Below, piece after piece: positions 9,431-21,534 of a stretch of 33,511 nt of DNA. The notes under the pieces are model-generated. The model saw nothing but the letters and a program-made list of their open reading frames with translations, ran no database searches and was not told the origin of the DNA. The position numbers and the translations under genes were made by a program. The stretch's first letter is position 1. Each line of letters begins with the position of its first letter. Source of the DNA: Nemertoderma westbladi (taxonomy: Eukaryota; Animalia; Xenacoelomorpha); the NCBI GenBank assembly GCA_032718475.1, contig JAUCBJ010003756.1, positions 1-33,511 on the forward strand, written 5' to 3'.

Positions 9431-9725
9431 TAAAGTAAAAGTAAGTAAAGTAAAGTAAAAGTAAATTTTCTTCGGCCATTAGGCCAGGGATTACGCACAA
9501 AGTCTGACGACTTATTTCCAGTGCGGTCCTCCCAGAACTTTACTCCCCAGAGGAAACTCTAGTACTCATTTAGCTACCACTTAAGGATGCAAGGCAGAGA
9601 TGCGCCCTGGCTGGTCCCTTTAAAGCATTCGTGCCGAAACGAAAACTGCCCTGGGTCATGTGAGGATCGAACCCACGACCTACAGGAGATGTGAATTCAA
9701 TGCAACCACTACACCAAGGTGGAAC
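9431..9725 (-). mobile_element. Full-length tRNA-derived SINE with core domain, LINE-like 3' end and (TTTAC)n tail
   Basis: Minus strand: A-box TGGTGTAGTGG, B-box GGTTCGATCC, core GCCTTGCATCC...TAAATGAGTAC...CTGGGGAGTAAAG, 3' GACCGCACTGGAAATAAG, tandem TTTAC tail. Confidence 0.88.
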
Positions 9726-11477
9726 TATGACATATAATATGATAAAATATTATTATGAATGAACATTATTATTCTTAGTAACTCGTGACAAAATACAATG
9801 CGCTACTAACTCAGAAACTGTAATCCTAAATGCGGAACTTAAACCGAAACAGGGAATACAAAATAGTACAATGTGGACTTTGTAGTGACACATTTGGCAG
9901 TCAGTGCGATATAATTTCTCATGTACAAGCAAATCACGGTATTGCATGTTCAGTACAAACGGTAATTCGGTTATTCAACAATTAACAAACGGTTATTCAG
10001 CGTCCATTTTTAGTTATTAGCATGACGGTAATACAAATTACGCAAAGTGAACCTTTACCACATTCACAATTTTCTATTCATTCACTAACTATAACGAAAA
10101 TTGAACGTGCATTTAATCCATGGTACATTCAGTTAACTATATTTGCTACCTGGGTTACTCTATTCATATATTGCATGTCTTTCAATCATTTGAATTTCCC
10201 GCGCTATGGAGCAGGGTGGCACCTTTTAGGGCCTTGTAATAATTTGTAGGCTGGATTGTTGTCTGACTGTTGTTAGGTCTGAAGCGACTGCAGTGTGTGT
10301 AGAGTGTATGTCCGATAAAGTACTAGTTAGGAAGGTGGGGGCATCCAGTGTTGTAAGGTAAATCCCCCCCCCCCCCCCCCCCCCCCCGAAAGAATAAGTC
10401 GTACTACTCGGTTAGAACGCCTACTAACTAACCATTTCAGAGTCTGCATATACTGTAGTTTATTTAGGCTTGATAGTAGTCTGCCAGCGTTTGGTCTGTA
10501 TTTTGTTTGTATAGTCTACACGGGTAGTGTAATATTTATTATTCAGAGTCTATGCGAGTATTCGCAACCACCAACCCCCCAAGTTTATTCCTACTGTAAT
10601 TGTGCTTGTTATACATACCGTTATAGTTAAATTAACCCCGGTACTATATCAGGGCTGCTTGGCATAGGTAAAGACTGGTGATTTTATGCTCTGGTCACTC
10701 CAGCAGATACCGTGGTTCTTTTAGCTGTACAAGTATATTTAACTGCTGGTTATTTGTTATATAAGTACTTGTACCTAATTTAGGGTTTAGTGTACAGTGC
10801 TTTCCGAAAGTAATTAGTGTGTAGGCAGTATATTTGTGTTGTAAAGTGGTTAATAGGCACGTTAGCTCTGGTTGGCTGCGGTAATTAACTTCTAGGTAAG
10901 GACACTCCGGGTACATACGTAGTACTTATAGTTTAAGACTATAAGTCGTCAGACGGTTGTATGTTCTTATCTGGACAGCGCAATTTATTTACTACTGTTT
11001 TATTATTTTCAAATACGGTAGTTTCCTGTCCGTTGGTAAGAACCAGAAATTCTAACTCCTTGTTAGGCTGGTTTGTAGATTTCTTGTAAAATGACCCTAA
11101 AATTTGTACGTATAACTTTTGGTGTTTATTAAGAGATTGTAGTCTCAAACTGTATGTAAGTAATTTGTAGTAATAAGTAACTTAGTAAAGTAGAAATATT
11201 CGTTTTAGTGTCCCACAAGTAGCACTCCACTGAGAGCGTTCAGCTTCTGTGTAGTGACTCCTCACCAGAAATAATAACATTTATTTCAAACATTAACAAA
11301 AACCCATTATACGGGTATATATATATTATAAATCAACTCAAACCGATTTATAAAATAGTAGGCCTGTTATACATCAATTAGGTCTTAATATCAGTTGGAC
11401 TACTTCTTAATAACAGTAATAAAGTAAAGGAAAGTAACCCTAAAATTCAGAAATTCAGTTATTATAAAATAATTGAC

Positions 11478-11732
11478 ATACCGGTATTTACGATAGGCTT
11501 ATTATATTTATTTATATAAATTTATGCTGAAATTATATACCGGTATTCTGTAATTAATCCTAGTCTATAATAATAATTATATATACTATAAGTGTATGCT
11601 GTATACCGGTATTTACGATAGGCTTATTGTATTTATTTCTATAAATTTATGCTGAAATTATATACCGGTATTCTGTGGCTAAACCTAGTCTGTAATAATA
11701 CTTATATATACTATAAGTGTATACTGGTATTT
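11478..11732. repeat. 125-bp tandem duplication
   Basis: ATACCGGTATTTACGATAGGCTTATT... at 11478 and 11603. Confidence 0.85.
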
Positions 11733-11870
11733 ATATATATTATATATATATCACGTTACACTAAGTAACAGTATCGGTAATTAATTACTAGGCTTATTAC
11801 AGTGATACTGAATTACTAAACTTGCTTTAACTATCGTTATAGTAGTAGGCATTCAACTGTACAATCGAAC

Positions 11871-13618
11871 ATGGCTGACACAAAACAAACACTGTCAGAT
11901 AGTCTCCTAGAAAGAACAGTCTGCGATTCAGATAGGAGTGCAGAACATCTGAGACCGAAGTCCAAGTCCCCTCCTACTGTAAGAAAGGTCATCCCTCCAG
12001 TAGTAGTATCAGACCCTAGGCTAGTCAAGCACCGTAGGTCTATTATAGGCACTCGGGCTCAAGTCAAGCGGGACCAAGAGGCAGCTGTTAAACAGCAGCA
12101 ACACCCGAACCGAGAACTTATTTCTCAGCGGCCCGATAGCTCCAGTAGTTCAGATACTGTAGAGTTGACACCCGAAATCGGAGCAAGGATGGCAGAAGAG
12201 GTTTATACAGATCCACTTCTAATTCTTCCTGGAGCGTACTCACTAGAGTATTGATCGCGGTGGAGGAACATCAAATCGATTGGGCGAGAAGTAAGCGATC
12301 GACCAAGGACAGTTATGCGGGATACACAATGGAGGAACTGAAGTCTATTGTCGAGACGCAATGGAACTTCCCCGGACCCGGACTCCCGTTTAACTTATCG
12401 GAAGCTGCCTGGGAGGACTTACACAGGATGGGAGTAGTAAAGGATACTCGAGATCCAGCTGTGTGGAAGAGGTCGGCAGCAGGATATGTACAGGGATTCT
12501 TCAGTTCTTTGGAGCGACTAGAAGAACAACTATTCCAACAAAGACAAGGACCTCAAGAGCAGGGAGAGCTGCTTTATCAAGTTAGAGAACGAATCTTATG
12601 GATCAGACTAATCCTTTCGGCCTTTGAGGAAGCCTCGAAGAGAAGCCAAGACATGTCGTTGCAAGTTGCCGTTAAGACTTGGTTCCAACGGGTGAGTCTT
12701 AAAGTCCAAGGAACGACCCAATGGTAAATTCAGCTAACTGAGCGCGCGACCCACGGAGAATCAACAGACGCGACCTTTTCTCAGGTGGAAAGCGAAGTTA
12801 CATCAGAGAAACCTCAGAAGAAGGACGCCATTGACATCTATCTGTCGGACTATCAACGATTTATAGGTGACAAAGAGTTAAGGAGACGGCTAGCTGGACT
12901 TCACCCTAATAGTGAGGGAGCCAAATTTGTGTTAGACTCATTAGATGCAGAAATGTTAGCCACAGAGCAGGCTAAATTTGATGAAAGCATCCTCATCGCT
13001 AGGGAACAGGAAGAACAATTAAAGAAAAAACGGATAGAAGACAGAAAGGCAGCAGCAGCGGCAGCGGCAGAAGTTGAAAGAAAAGCGGCAGCGGCAGCGG
13101 CAGCGGCAGCGGCAGCGGCAGCGGCAGCGGCAGAGGCTGAAAGAAAAGCGGCAGCTGCAGCGGCAGAGGCTGAAAGAAGAGCGGCAATGGCAGCGGCAGC
13201 GGCAGAAGCGGAAAGAAAAGCGGCAGCGGCAACGGCAGCGGCAGAAGCTGAAAGAAAAGTAGCAGCGGCAGAAGCGGAAAGAAAAGCGGCAGAGGCAGTG
13301 GCAGAAGCAGAACGGAGGGCGTCTGAAGAGACAACCCAACTAGAGTTGGAAAATCTTCAAGAGAAGCAAGACTACATAAATAAACAGAGAACAGCTAGTC
13401 AGATGCAGATGATAAGTCGATCTACTCCCAAGAGACAGGGATTTACATCATCTGATGAAGGCGATCCAACAGATCCTGAAGGCGGAGGAAATAGATCTCA
13501 TTCCAGCAGACGTAGAAGAACGCCCCACCGTCAGAAATTGCCTAATTTGCCCCCAGCTGTGAGAAGGCAACTAGCTACGTCACCTTCAAGGCAGAACCCC
13601 CTAAGTCGATTTTTGTAG
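11871..13618 (+). pseudogene. Disrupted ~580-codon ORF with Ala-rich AAAAEAERK repeats, possibly retroelement gag/ORF1-like
   Basis: ORFs 12251-12727 and 12785-13618 share a frame and are separated by a single TAA. 11871-12254 joins by one frameshift. Coding-like composition ends abruptly at ~13600. No diagnostic domain recognised. Confidence 0.5.
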
Positions 13619-13754
13619 TTCTGAGATAATCGATAAAAACTGTTTATTTTTTAGAGAGATGCCTCAGTTTACTTGTTATTGTGTTTTTTGATAACTAAAT
13701 ATATATAGAATTCATATAACTAAACTTTCAATTTGATTTAGAATTACCTTTGAA

Positions 13755-13940
13755 ATATATTGCGGTTTTTTTGTAAAAATTCTGACTTATGGTGTTTTGC
13801 CAAAACAAAGGGGAACACCATTTTCTGGTATTATCCCGTAACTATACGATAGTTGCGGGGTATTGCCTAGAAAACAAGGTATCCTCAATTTGGCAAAACA
13901 CCATAAGTCCGAATTTTTACAAAAAACACGCAAAATATAT
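13755..13940. repeat. ~50-bp inverted repeat with ~85-bp spacer (MITE/foldback core)
   Basis: TTTTTTGTAAAAATTCTGACTTATGGTGTTTTGCCAAA versus TTTGGCAAAACACCATAAGTCCGAATTTTTACAAAAAA. Confidence 0.75.
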
Positions 13941-14662
13941 CAAATAATAGCCAAGGCGTATCGTACGTCCTTAATAATTTAGTGCGTAGTGCGCACGTAA
14001 TACATGTGCGCATTTGTTATTAGCTAATACGTGCTATCTAACATGTTAACTAGCACATGATCAGGTGTTAGTATTACCTGTAAACGCAATAATAACAAAT
14101 AATCACATACAATATAGCTAACACACTTGCGCACATGTTGGAAATTTTTGAATTCAAAATTCTAAAGGGCTCCATAAGTTTTTGATATTTTGGTATTAAT
14201 TGCTTCTAAAATAAGTACGGGACTGTAGTTAGAATCATGTATCAATACAAATTGAACAAAATGTAGCCAAATGCAGAACTATAAGAACAAAATTTAGATT
14301 CAAGAAAGCGGAACTCTAAGTACAAAATATAGCCATGGGTGGTACTCTACAGTAAGAACAAAGTCTAGCTACAGGGTTACAGCTACGTTAAAGTTAAAGT
14401 AAAGTTCACTTACAGTACGTCATGACGAATAATTAAAGACCTGTTTTTTCTACAGTACGTGGCAACATTTTGAGCAACTCTATCAGCAACTTAGTGAGCA
14501 TGTCAGGTTGCCGATCAAGTTGCTCTATGTAAACGCGAAGTTTGTTGCTGTAAAAGATGCCTCATATAACGGAGACTAAAAGTTAATGTTACTCAAATTA
14601 AGTTGCTAGTTGCTGACCAAATTGTCCAAAACGTCCGGCAACCTAGAGTAACTTATAGCAAC

Positions 14663-16180
14663 TTGGACACAAACATTAAATGAGGGACAGATATTTATCA
14701 GCGCCACAAACATTAATGTGGGACAAACATTAATCAGGGGGACAAACATTAATGTGGGACATAAACATTGATGTAGGACACAAACATTAATGTGGGACAT
14801 AAACATTGATATAGGACACAAACATTAATGAGGGACACAAACATTAATGAGGACACAAACATTAATGAGGGACACAAACATTAATAGGGACACAAACATT
14901 AATGAGGGACACAAACATTAATGAGGGACACAAACATTAATGAGGGACACAAACATTAATGTGGGACACAAACATTGATATAGGACACAAACATTAATGA
15001 GGGACACAAACATTAATGAGGGACACAAACATTAATGAAGGACACAAACATTAATAAGGGACACAAACATTAATGAGGGACACAAATATTAATGAGGTAC
15101 ACAAACATTAATGAGGGACACAAACATTAATTGAGGGACACTAACATTAATGAGGTACACAAACATTAATGAGGGACACAAACATTAATGAGGTGCACAA
15201 ACATTAATGAGGGACACAAACATTAATGAGGTACACAAACATTAATGAGGGACACAAACATTAATGAGATATACAAACATTAATCAGGGACACAAACAAT
15301 AAACGAGGACAGATATCAATCAAGGGCATAAACATTAATGAGGGACACAAACATTAATGAGGGACACAAACATTAATGAGGGACACAAACATTAATGAGG
15401 GGGACAAACAATATTGTGGGACATAAACATTGATGTAGGACACAAACAGTAATGGGGACATAAACATTGATATAGGACACAAACATTAATGAGGGAGCCA
15501 AACATTAATGAGGGACACAAACATTAATGAAGGACACAAACATTAATAAGGGACACAAACATTAATGAGGGACACAAACATTAATGAGGTACACAAACAT
15601 TAATGAGGGACACAAACATTAATTGAGGGACACTAACATTAATGTGGTACACAAACATTAATGAGGGACACAAACATTAATGAGGTACACAAACATTAAT
15701 GAGGGACACAAACATTAATGAGGTACACAAACATTAATGAGGGACACAAACATTAATGAGATATACAAACATTAATCAGGGACACAAACAATAAACGAGG
15801 GACATATATCAATCAAGGGCATAAACATTAATGAGGGACACAAACATTAATGAGGGACACAAACATTAATGAGGGACGCAAACATTAATGAGGTACACAA
15901 ACATTAATGAGGGACACAAACATTAATGAGGTACACAAACATTAATGAGGGACACAAACATTAATGAGGGACACAAACATTAATGAGGGACACAAACATT
16001 AATGAGGGACACAAACATTAATGAGGGACACAACATTAATGAGGGACACAAACATTAATGAGGGACACAAACATTAATGGGCACAACATTAATGAGGGAC
16101 ACAAACATTAATGAGGGACACAAACAATAAACGAGGGACAGATATCAATCAAGGGCACAATCATTAATCATGGGCACTAT
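14663..16180. repeat. 19-bp minisatellite (GGGACACAAACATTAATGA)n, ~1.5 kb
   Basis: Direct inspection; variant blocks recur at ~15295, ~15786 and ~16122. Confidence 0.97.
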
Positions 16181-16757
16181 CGCCCTTCGCACTTAGTATG
16201 ATTCATGTTACCACCCATACACATACAATATATTACAGTATTACAATTTACTGTCAAGCAATAAAATAACAATAAATAATAAAATATTAATCTGACCAAA
16301 CCAATAAACTATGTTATTGCCAATTGAAGGAAAGGATCAGGTTACAGAGATGGTTTTTCTAACCAAAACAATAAACGATGTTGTTACTAAAAAGGGAAGG
16401 AGTAGGAGTAAAAAAATGATGAACATGAGGGGAGACAGGAATGTGGGGGGGGGGGGGGGGATGGTAACATGAATGGTGGTGGTAGGAGGTAAATTGAAAA
16501 TATGGGGGTATAACAGCCGGGGGGGGGGGGGGGGGGGGGGTAGCAGCAAAACAGGCAGCTGAACAACGTAACCGAACGTCGCTTTCAATTAATTTCCATC
16601 TAATTAGGAAGATGGAATGTATACAAAACGGCGGTACTTTGATCGAAGCTCACGTTCCCATGGTAGTATTTTTTCCAGTTAATCACTTAATATCTGATCG
16701 TCTGATGGCAAGCATCACCATCGCTCATATTAATATCCATTGGCAACCATGGACCCC

Positions 16758-16827
16758 TATTAATGTTTTGTGTCCTCATAATGTTTGCGTCCTCAATGTT
16801 TGTGTCCCTCATTAATATTTGTGTCCT
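16758..16827 (-). repeat. Inverted degenerate copies of the 19-bp minisatellite
   Basis: AATGTTTGTGTCCCTCATTAATATTTGTGTCC is the reverse complement of the monomer. Confidence 0.8.
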
Positions 16828-16934
16828 GGCCGCAATACAAACCAGTATACACATGATAAATTACGGGGTTTTAATAGAGATTAATAAGAGATTAATAAGG
16901 AGCATGAAGACCGCATTTCACTTTATAGTGCCAT

Positions 16935-17533
16935 GCCGCGCGTATCTCACCGACGAACTTTTGCGGACGTTAATGGAGGAAATCGCCGCCTATCTTAACG
17001 AGAGACCGCTTATGCCAGTCTCATCGAGTCCCGACTCCCTAGAAGCGCTGACACCCGCGCATTTCCTACTGAACAAACCTGTAGCCATGCTCCCGCGATC
17101 GGAAATCACGGACGGAGACAAATACTGCCGACAAACTTGGCAACTTATGCAGTTATTATCCCGTCGTTTCGCTGATAATTTCGAAAAACATTATCTGCCT
17201 ACGCTACAACTTCGAACTAAGTGGTTTGCGCAGCAAGAAAACGTCAGAGCCGGAGACATGGTCCTTATTGTGGAATCAGATCTTCCACGTAAGCAGTGGC
17301 AGACAGGTCGTATCATCGAGACTCATATATCCGATGATGGTTTAGTGCGATCGGTAGAACTCGTCGTCATGCGACGTAACTTTAAGAAACCTGGAATTGT
17401 ATTCGAAACTCAGCAGCTCAATCGCCCAGTTGGTCGTTTATGTTTACTGGAAAGAGACAGAGAACTATCCGGAAACTATGGAAGGCAAGATACTCTTCCC
17501 CACGACCACCTCCCTAATCCAACAAACATCTAG
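16935..17533 (+). mobile_element. BEL/Pao LTR retrotransposon 3' end: end of integrase core + DUF5641-type domain
   Basis: EIAAYLNERPL...LTPAHFL...HYLPTLQLRTKW...GDMVLI...LPRKQWQTGRI...DGLVRSV...RPVGRLCLL. The first ~57 aa of the called ORF are non-homologous repeat-derived sequence. Confidence 0.88.
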
Positions 17534-17557
17534 GGACTCCCCAACGTAACATCGTCT

Positions 17558-17990
17558 GGAGTGGGTGTGTGACTACATTATTTTATATCTGTTTTTTATT
17601 ATTTTTATATTTATGTATGTAGTTATTATGTAATTTTATTATAATCGTTTTCTTTAATTTTATTTAGTAGAATGTTATTTTAGCGATTATTTAGTAGATT
17701 AGTGCCATATATATATTCGCGTTTATTACTTAATTACTTATATATTATATATTTAGTGCAATGGCGAGAAATAATTCTTTTTTCTCTTTCCTTACTGTCC
17801 GTATCATATTATAAATACGTGACTACAGTAAGATGAAATATCCGTACTTATTAAAGTACAATAAAGCTCCTACTATACTCAAGTATTATTGGTAAGTAGA
17901 GTATTAGGAATGCAAAGTTCAGATCCTCGTGTCTCGGCTAAACCAAGCTCTGGGTAGACCTTGGAAACGACTTGCCTCTTCTCACTGACA
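17558..17990 (+). mobile_element. Putative polypurine tract and 3' LTR of the BEL/Pao remnant
   Basis: GGAGTGGGTG followed by TGT at 17568; TATAAA (~17810) and AATAAA (~17860) downstream. Right boundary is a guess and no matching 5' LTR is seen. Confidence 0.45.
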
Positions 17991-18080
17991 TTGCTTCTTG
18001 CAATATTGCTCTCATACCGTATATTAAATAATACATATAGTAGCGTGATGTCCCTTTAACAGTAGCGTAAAACGCAAAAT

Positions 18081-18460
18081 AAATCTGTTAAACCCTTTGA
18101 CCATCTGTAATTCTAGTCGATTAAGATATCGCGGCACCCACCGATATACTTGAAAGACAAAATTCTAGAATCAGTGGTTAACGTCCCCAGACATGTTCTG
18201 GAATAATTCGGTGCCCATCTTAAATATTAATTATTTAATATTTATAAAAATCTATTAAAACAAATATAATAGAGTAAATGCTTACAAGTTAACTCTAGAA
18301 AATATATAAATCAAAATCTGTTAAAATTTAGATCCTTTAAAATTCTAGTCGATTAAGATATCGTAGCACTTACCGATACTCTTAAAAGGACAAATTTCCT
18401 AGAATCAAGGATCCCAGTCCCCAGACATGCTCTGGAATAAAATTGTGCCTATTTAATATT
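18081..18460. repeat. Diverged ~233-bp tandem duplication
   Basis: AAATCTGTTAAA...ATTCTAGTCGATTAAGATATCG...TCCCCAGACATG(T/C)TCTGGAATAA at 18081 and 18314. Confidence 0.75.
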
Positions 18461-18693
18461 AAATAATAAAATTTACGGGAATAATTTTAAATTCATATCC
18501 TCTCATGAATTTGATAAATTGTCATTTTATACAATTTATAACATTCCCAAAATTCCATTAATTAATAGATCATGGGAGCGGAGATTCACCCTATTAAGTA
18601 TATTAGTGTGAAGAGAATCTCCAATATATAGTCAATAGCCGATAAAATTCATAAAATCATGTATAAAGAGGAATATTGACGATTAAAGAATTA

Positions 18694-19832
18694 TTGGTTC
18701 ACGGTCTTTGACATAAGTGACCATTATTACCGTAATGTGTGTGTGTGTGTGTGTGTCCAGAGCGATATCTCAGTTATCTCAGTTATTTGTTAATCAATCG
18801 AAACAAAATTTGCACAAAAGTTAGATATAGGGATGGCGAAGGCTCATACAAAAAATTGGGTGTCGAGATGGTATTTGTGCGATGTGAGCGCTATATTTGC
18901 ATGTTTTCGCATGGTTTAGGAAAAAGCTATCTTGTCATAGGGAACGCAATGAATGATTCTGATATTTGGCATGGAGGTACCTGAATTATTTCTAAATCGA
19001 TTAACGGAGGCCGATTTTTAAATTTGGACCTACATTATGACCTAATTGAAGATTTAATTAAGGTAATTAATTAGCATTAGCAATTACCAATACTGCAGTA
19101 CCGGTACTGCAGTCCGGTAGGCCCTAGACTGCTAGTACTGTCTGATTGTCTGCCTGTAGGCCTATCTGCCTATCTTCATACTGCTGTACTGTCATAGGTC
19201 AGTGCAGCAGTAGGTCCTAGCCTAGCCCTAGCAGTAGATAGCTAACTTGTACCAGTGTCCAGTATGCCGAAGAACTGTGTTTTGTTAATGGTTAGCAATC
19301 TTAGCACTATGCACTCAGTCTGCCGGAACGGGTTACGGTTTAATCCTGCATTTGTCAATTACGACAATACCGGTACGACTTTGAGTACCGCTGTACCGGT
19401 ACGCGGTAGCCTACCGTTACCGGTTGACCGGTAGGTGTAGGCGGTAGACCTACGGTGCGATGGTAGCCAGCCGGTAGGTGGTAGGCTTACCTTACCGGTA
19501 TAAATGTTGGCGGATGGCGGGATGACCACGACAGCACGATGACGTCGTGTGGCGCGTAATTACTTACCGGTTGCCGGTAGACGCCTACTGCCTACCCAAC
19601 TCGTTACTGGTGGTCGTTGTCGTGGTGGGATGAGCATGAGGTCGCCTACGATGGGAACAAGTGAAAAGGAAACATAGGCCTACCCGGATGCCGGACGAAA
19701 ACGTACCGGTCAGCCGCCAGCCGGTACCCGAATACTGGGTACGTTTCGACAATGATGTATCGGTTATTATTATTGTACTGATTAAGTCAGTAAGTAGGAG
19801 GACCGTGAACCCTCCAGGCTTGCCAGCTTGTT
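18694..19832 (+). mobile_element. Helentron-associated non-autonomous element (HINE/DINE-1-like)
   Basis: Subterminal IR GGTTCACGGTC (18696-18706) and GACCGTGAACC (19801-19811); (GT)n near the 5' end; 3' stem-loop CAGGCT-TGCC-AGCTTG; TT at both ends. Confidence 0.8.
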
Positions 19833-21534
19833 ACTATTAAATAGCATCCCAGATCTGTATGCATGAGAATTACCCTAATTCTACTGCTAGCTTTCCATAA
19901 TGTCACCATAGCAACAACCACACTAGAATTAGAAGCGAGTTAAAGGAAAAATAGAAAGCTTGCCCCATTGAATAGCATAAGGAATAAATAGCGCACTGCT
20001 AGTATCCAAGGATACATAATAATAACGTGGCAATCTGGAAGGCACTTGACTAACGGACAAATGGCCCGAATGTGTACAACTTGTGACAGTTGTGTGGAAT
20101 TTGTGCGTTTATAGGTGAATGTTACTACTAAAGTGTGTTTACAGTAGCGAGTCGCAGTTGTGAAAGTAGCCCTACCTCTGCAGTAAGAACCTGAAGTAAT
20201 TCTGAGCCCTTGGGACGGACAGTGGAGTGACTCGCGCTGGTTATTGTTGTCGTTATGTAGCTACTACGTTGGCGATAGGCACAGCGGTGACAGTACATCA
20301 GCGCTGAGGATCTTGCGCTGTCCGGGGGCATTGAGGGGTAGGCAGCGACGACCGCTAGCCTAATTATGATTAATTATAACATCGATAAACTCGTATAGCA
20401 GCTATGACTGAGTTGATATAAGATGATCTTGGTATCAGGGAGCGATATACCCTACCATTGCAAGCGTTTGTTGATAGTTTAAAATGCGGCGACGCTAGTC
20501 AACCAACTACGGAGGACGATGGCCGTTATATCGAACCGCCAATGTCAAAGGAACAGCTCACGCGTGAATTGGACTATAGAAAATTCACCGCTCGCTATAC
20601 GCATCGTAAGAGTACGTATATGGACTTCTTAACCACTGGTCATTAGTGTTGAGAACTGTAACTGTAATTATACTGCAACTGTAACTGAATGATTTTGATG
20701 ATTTTTTTGATACTGTAACTATAACTGTAACTGTAATTATTGTGAATTTTGAATACTGTAACTGTAACTGAAACTGAAATTAACAAAATCCGATTCAGTT
20801 CTCAATCACACAATTAACATGAATGAGTATTTAAAACAGTATTGTAATAAAGTATAGAGTATAGTTTAATAAATGAATAACAGTGGTTCCCATAGGTATC
20901 ATTTTTAAAACATTGTTATAAAAAACAATCTCATCTGAACAATCAACCATAATATTACACAATAAAAAAAAAGACCCTTGTCCACTTAGCTCAAATGTGA
21001 TTTATTTGGCGAGTCAAGTTAGTGAACGAAGATCTACAGTAGCATATAGTCTATGTTTTTCTGTCTCAACTATAAGACTATTATCAGCCTTATCACCACT
21101 TTTGCATCATATTAAATGTAAATGTTTTAGATAAACAAAGAAAAGTTAGGCCTAATGGTAGAGGGATTTTAACGGATATATATTTTACATTATGAATTAT
21201 TAATGTTACCGGTACTGTTAATATCACAATCACACTAGAGGCACACTGGAAATTAAATTTTGATCAAGTTTACCATTATAAATTACAAAATTAAACTTAA
21301 AAGTGAAAGGAGCAGCTTATCGAGGTGGGTCTAACCAAAACAATAAATATATGATTACTAAAACAAATTACGAATTAAGGAAAATGAGCAGGATTCAGAA
21401 GCATGGCTTTTATAACCAGAACAATAAATGATAACAGTACTGTACAAGCACTGAAACAAGATGTACAGTAAAATGTGGGTGCCTTTAGTGTGATCTTGTG
21501 ACGTGCCACTTTCATTACATACTATCAGTATAGT

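Noticed and set aside
5558-9725. Inverted SINE heads as TIRs of a composite element around the LINE, or as real tRNA genes
   Set aside because: The copies are diverged with no shared TSD, the LINE has its own TSD, and neither forms a full cloverleaf while one continues into a SINE body and tail.
10363-10387. Long poly-C/poly-G runs (also ~16445, ~16519, ~32209, ~33386)
   Set aside because: Simple homopolymers of uncertain length; G-quadruplex potential is generic and not linked to any feature here.
12999-13339. Leu-Pro, Cys-Arg and Gln-Arg repeat ORFs
   Set aside because: Alternative frames of the (GCGGCA)n expansion.
16763-16934. N-terminal part of the 256-aa ORF
   Set aside because: Translated from inverted minisatellite and AT-rich DNA; BEL/Pao similarity begins only at ~16935.
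20128-20646. Short ORFs in a moderately GC-rich patch
   Set aside because: No recognisable motif; too short to support a call.
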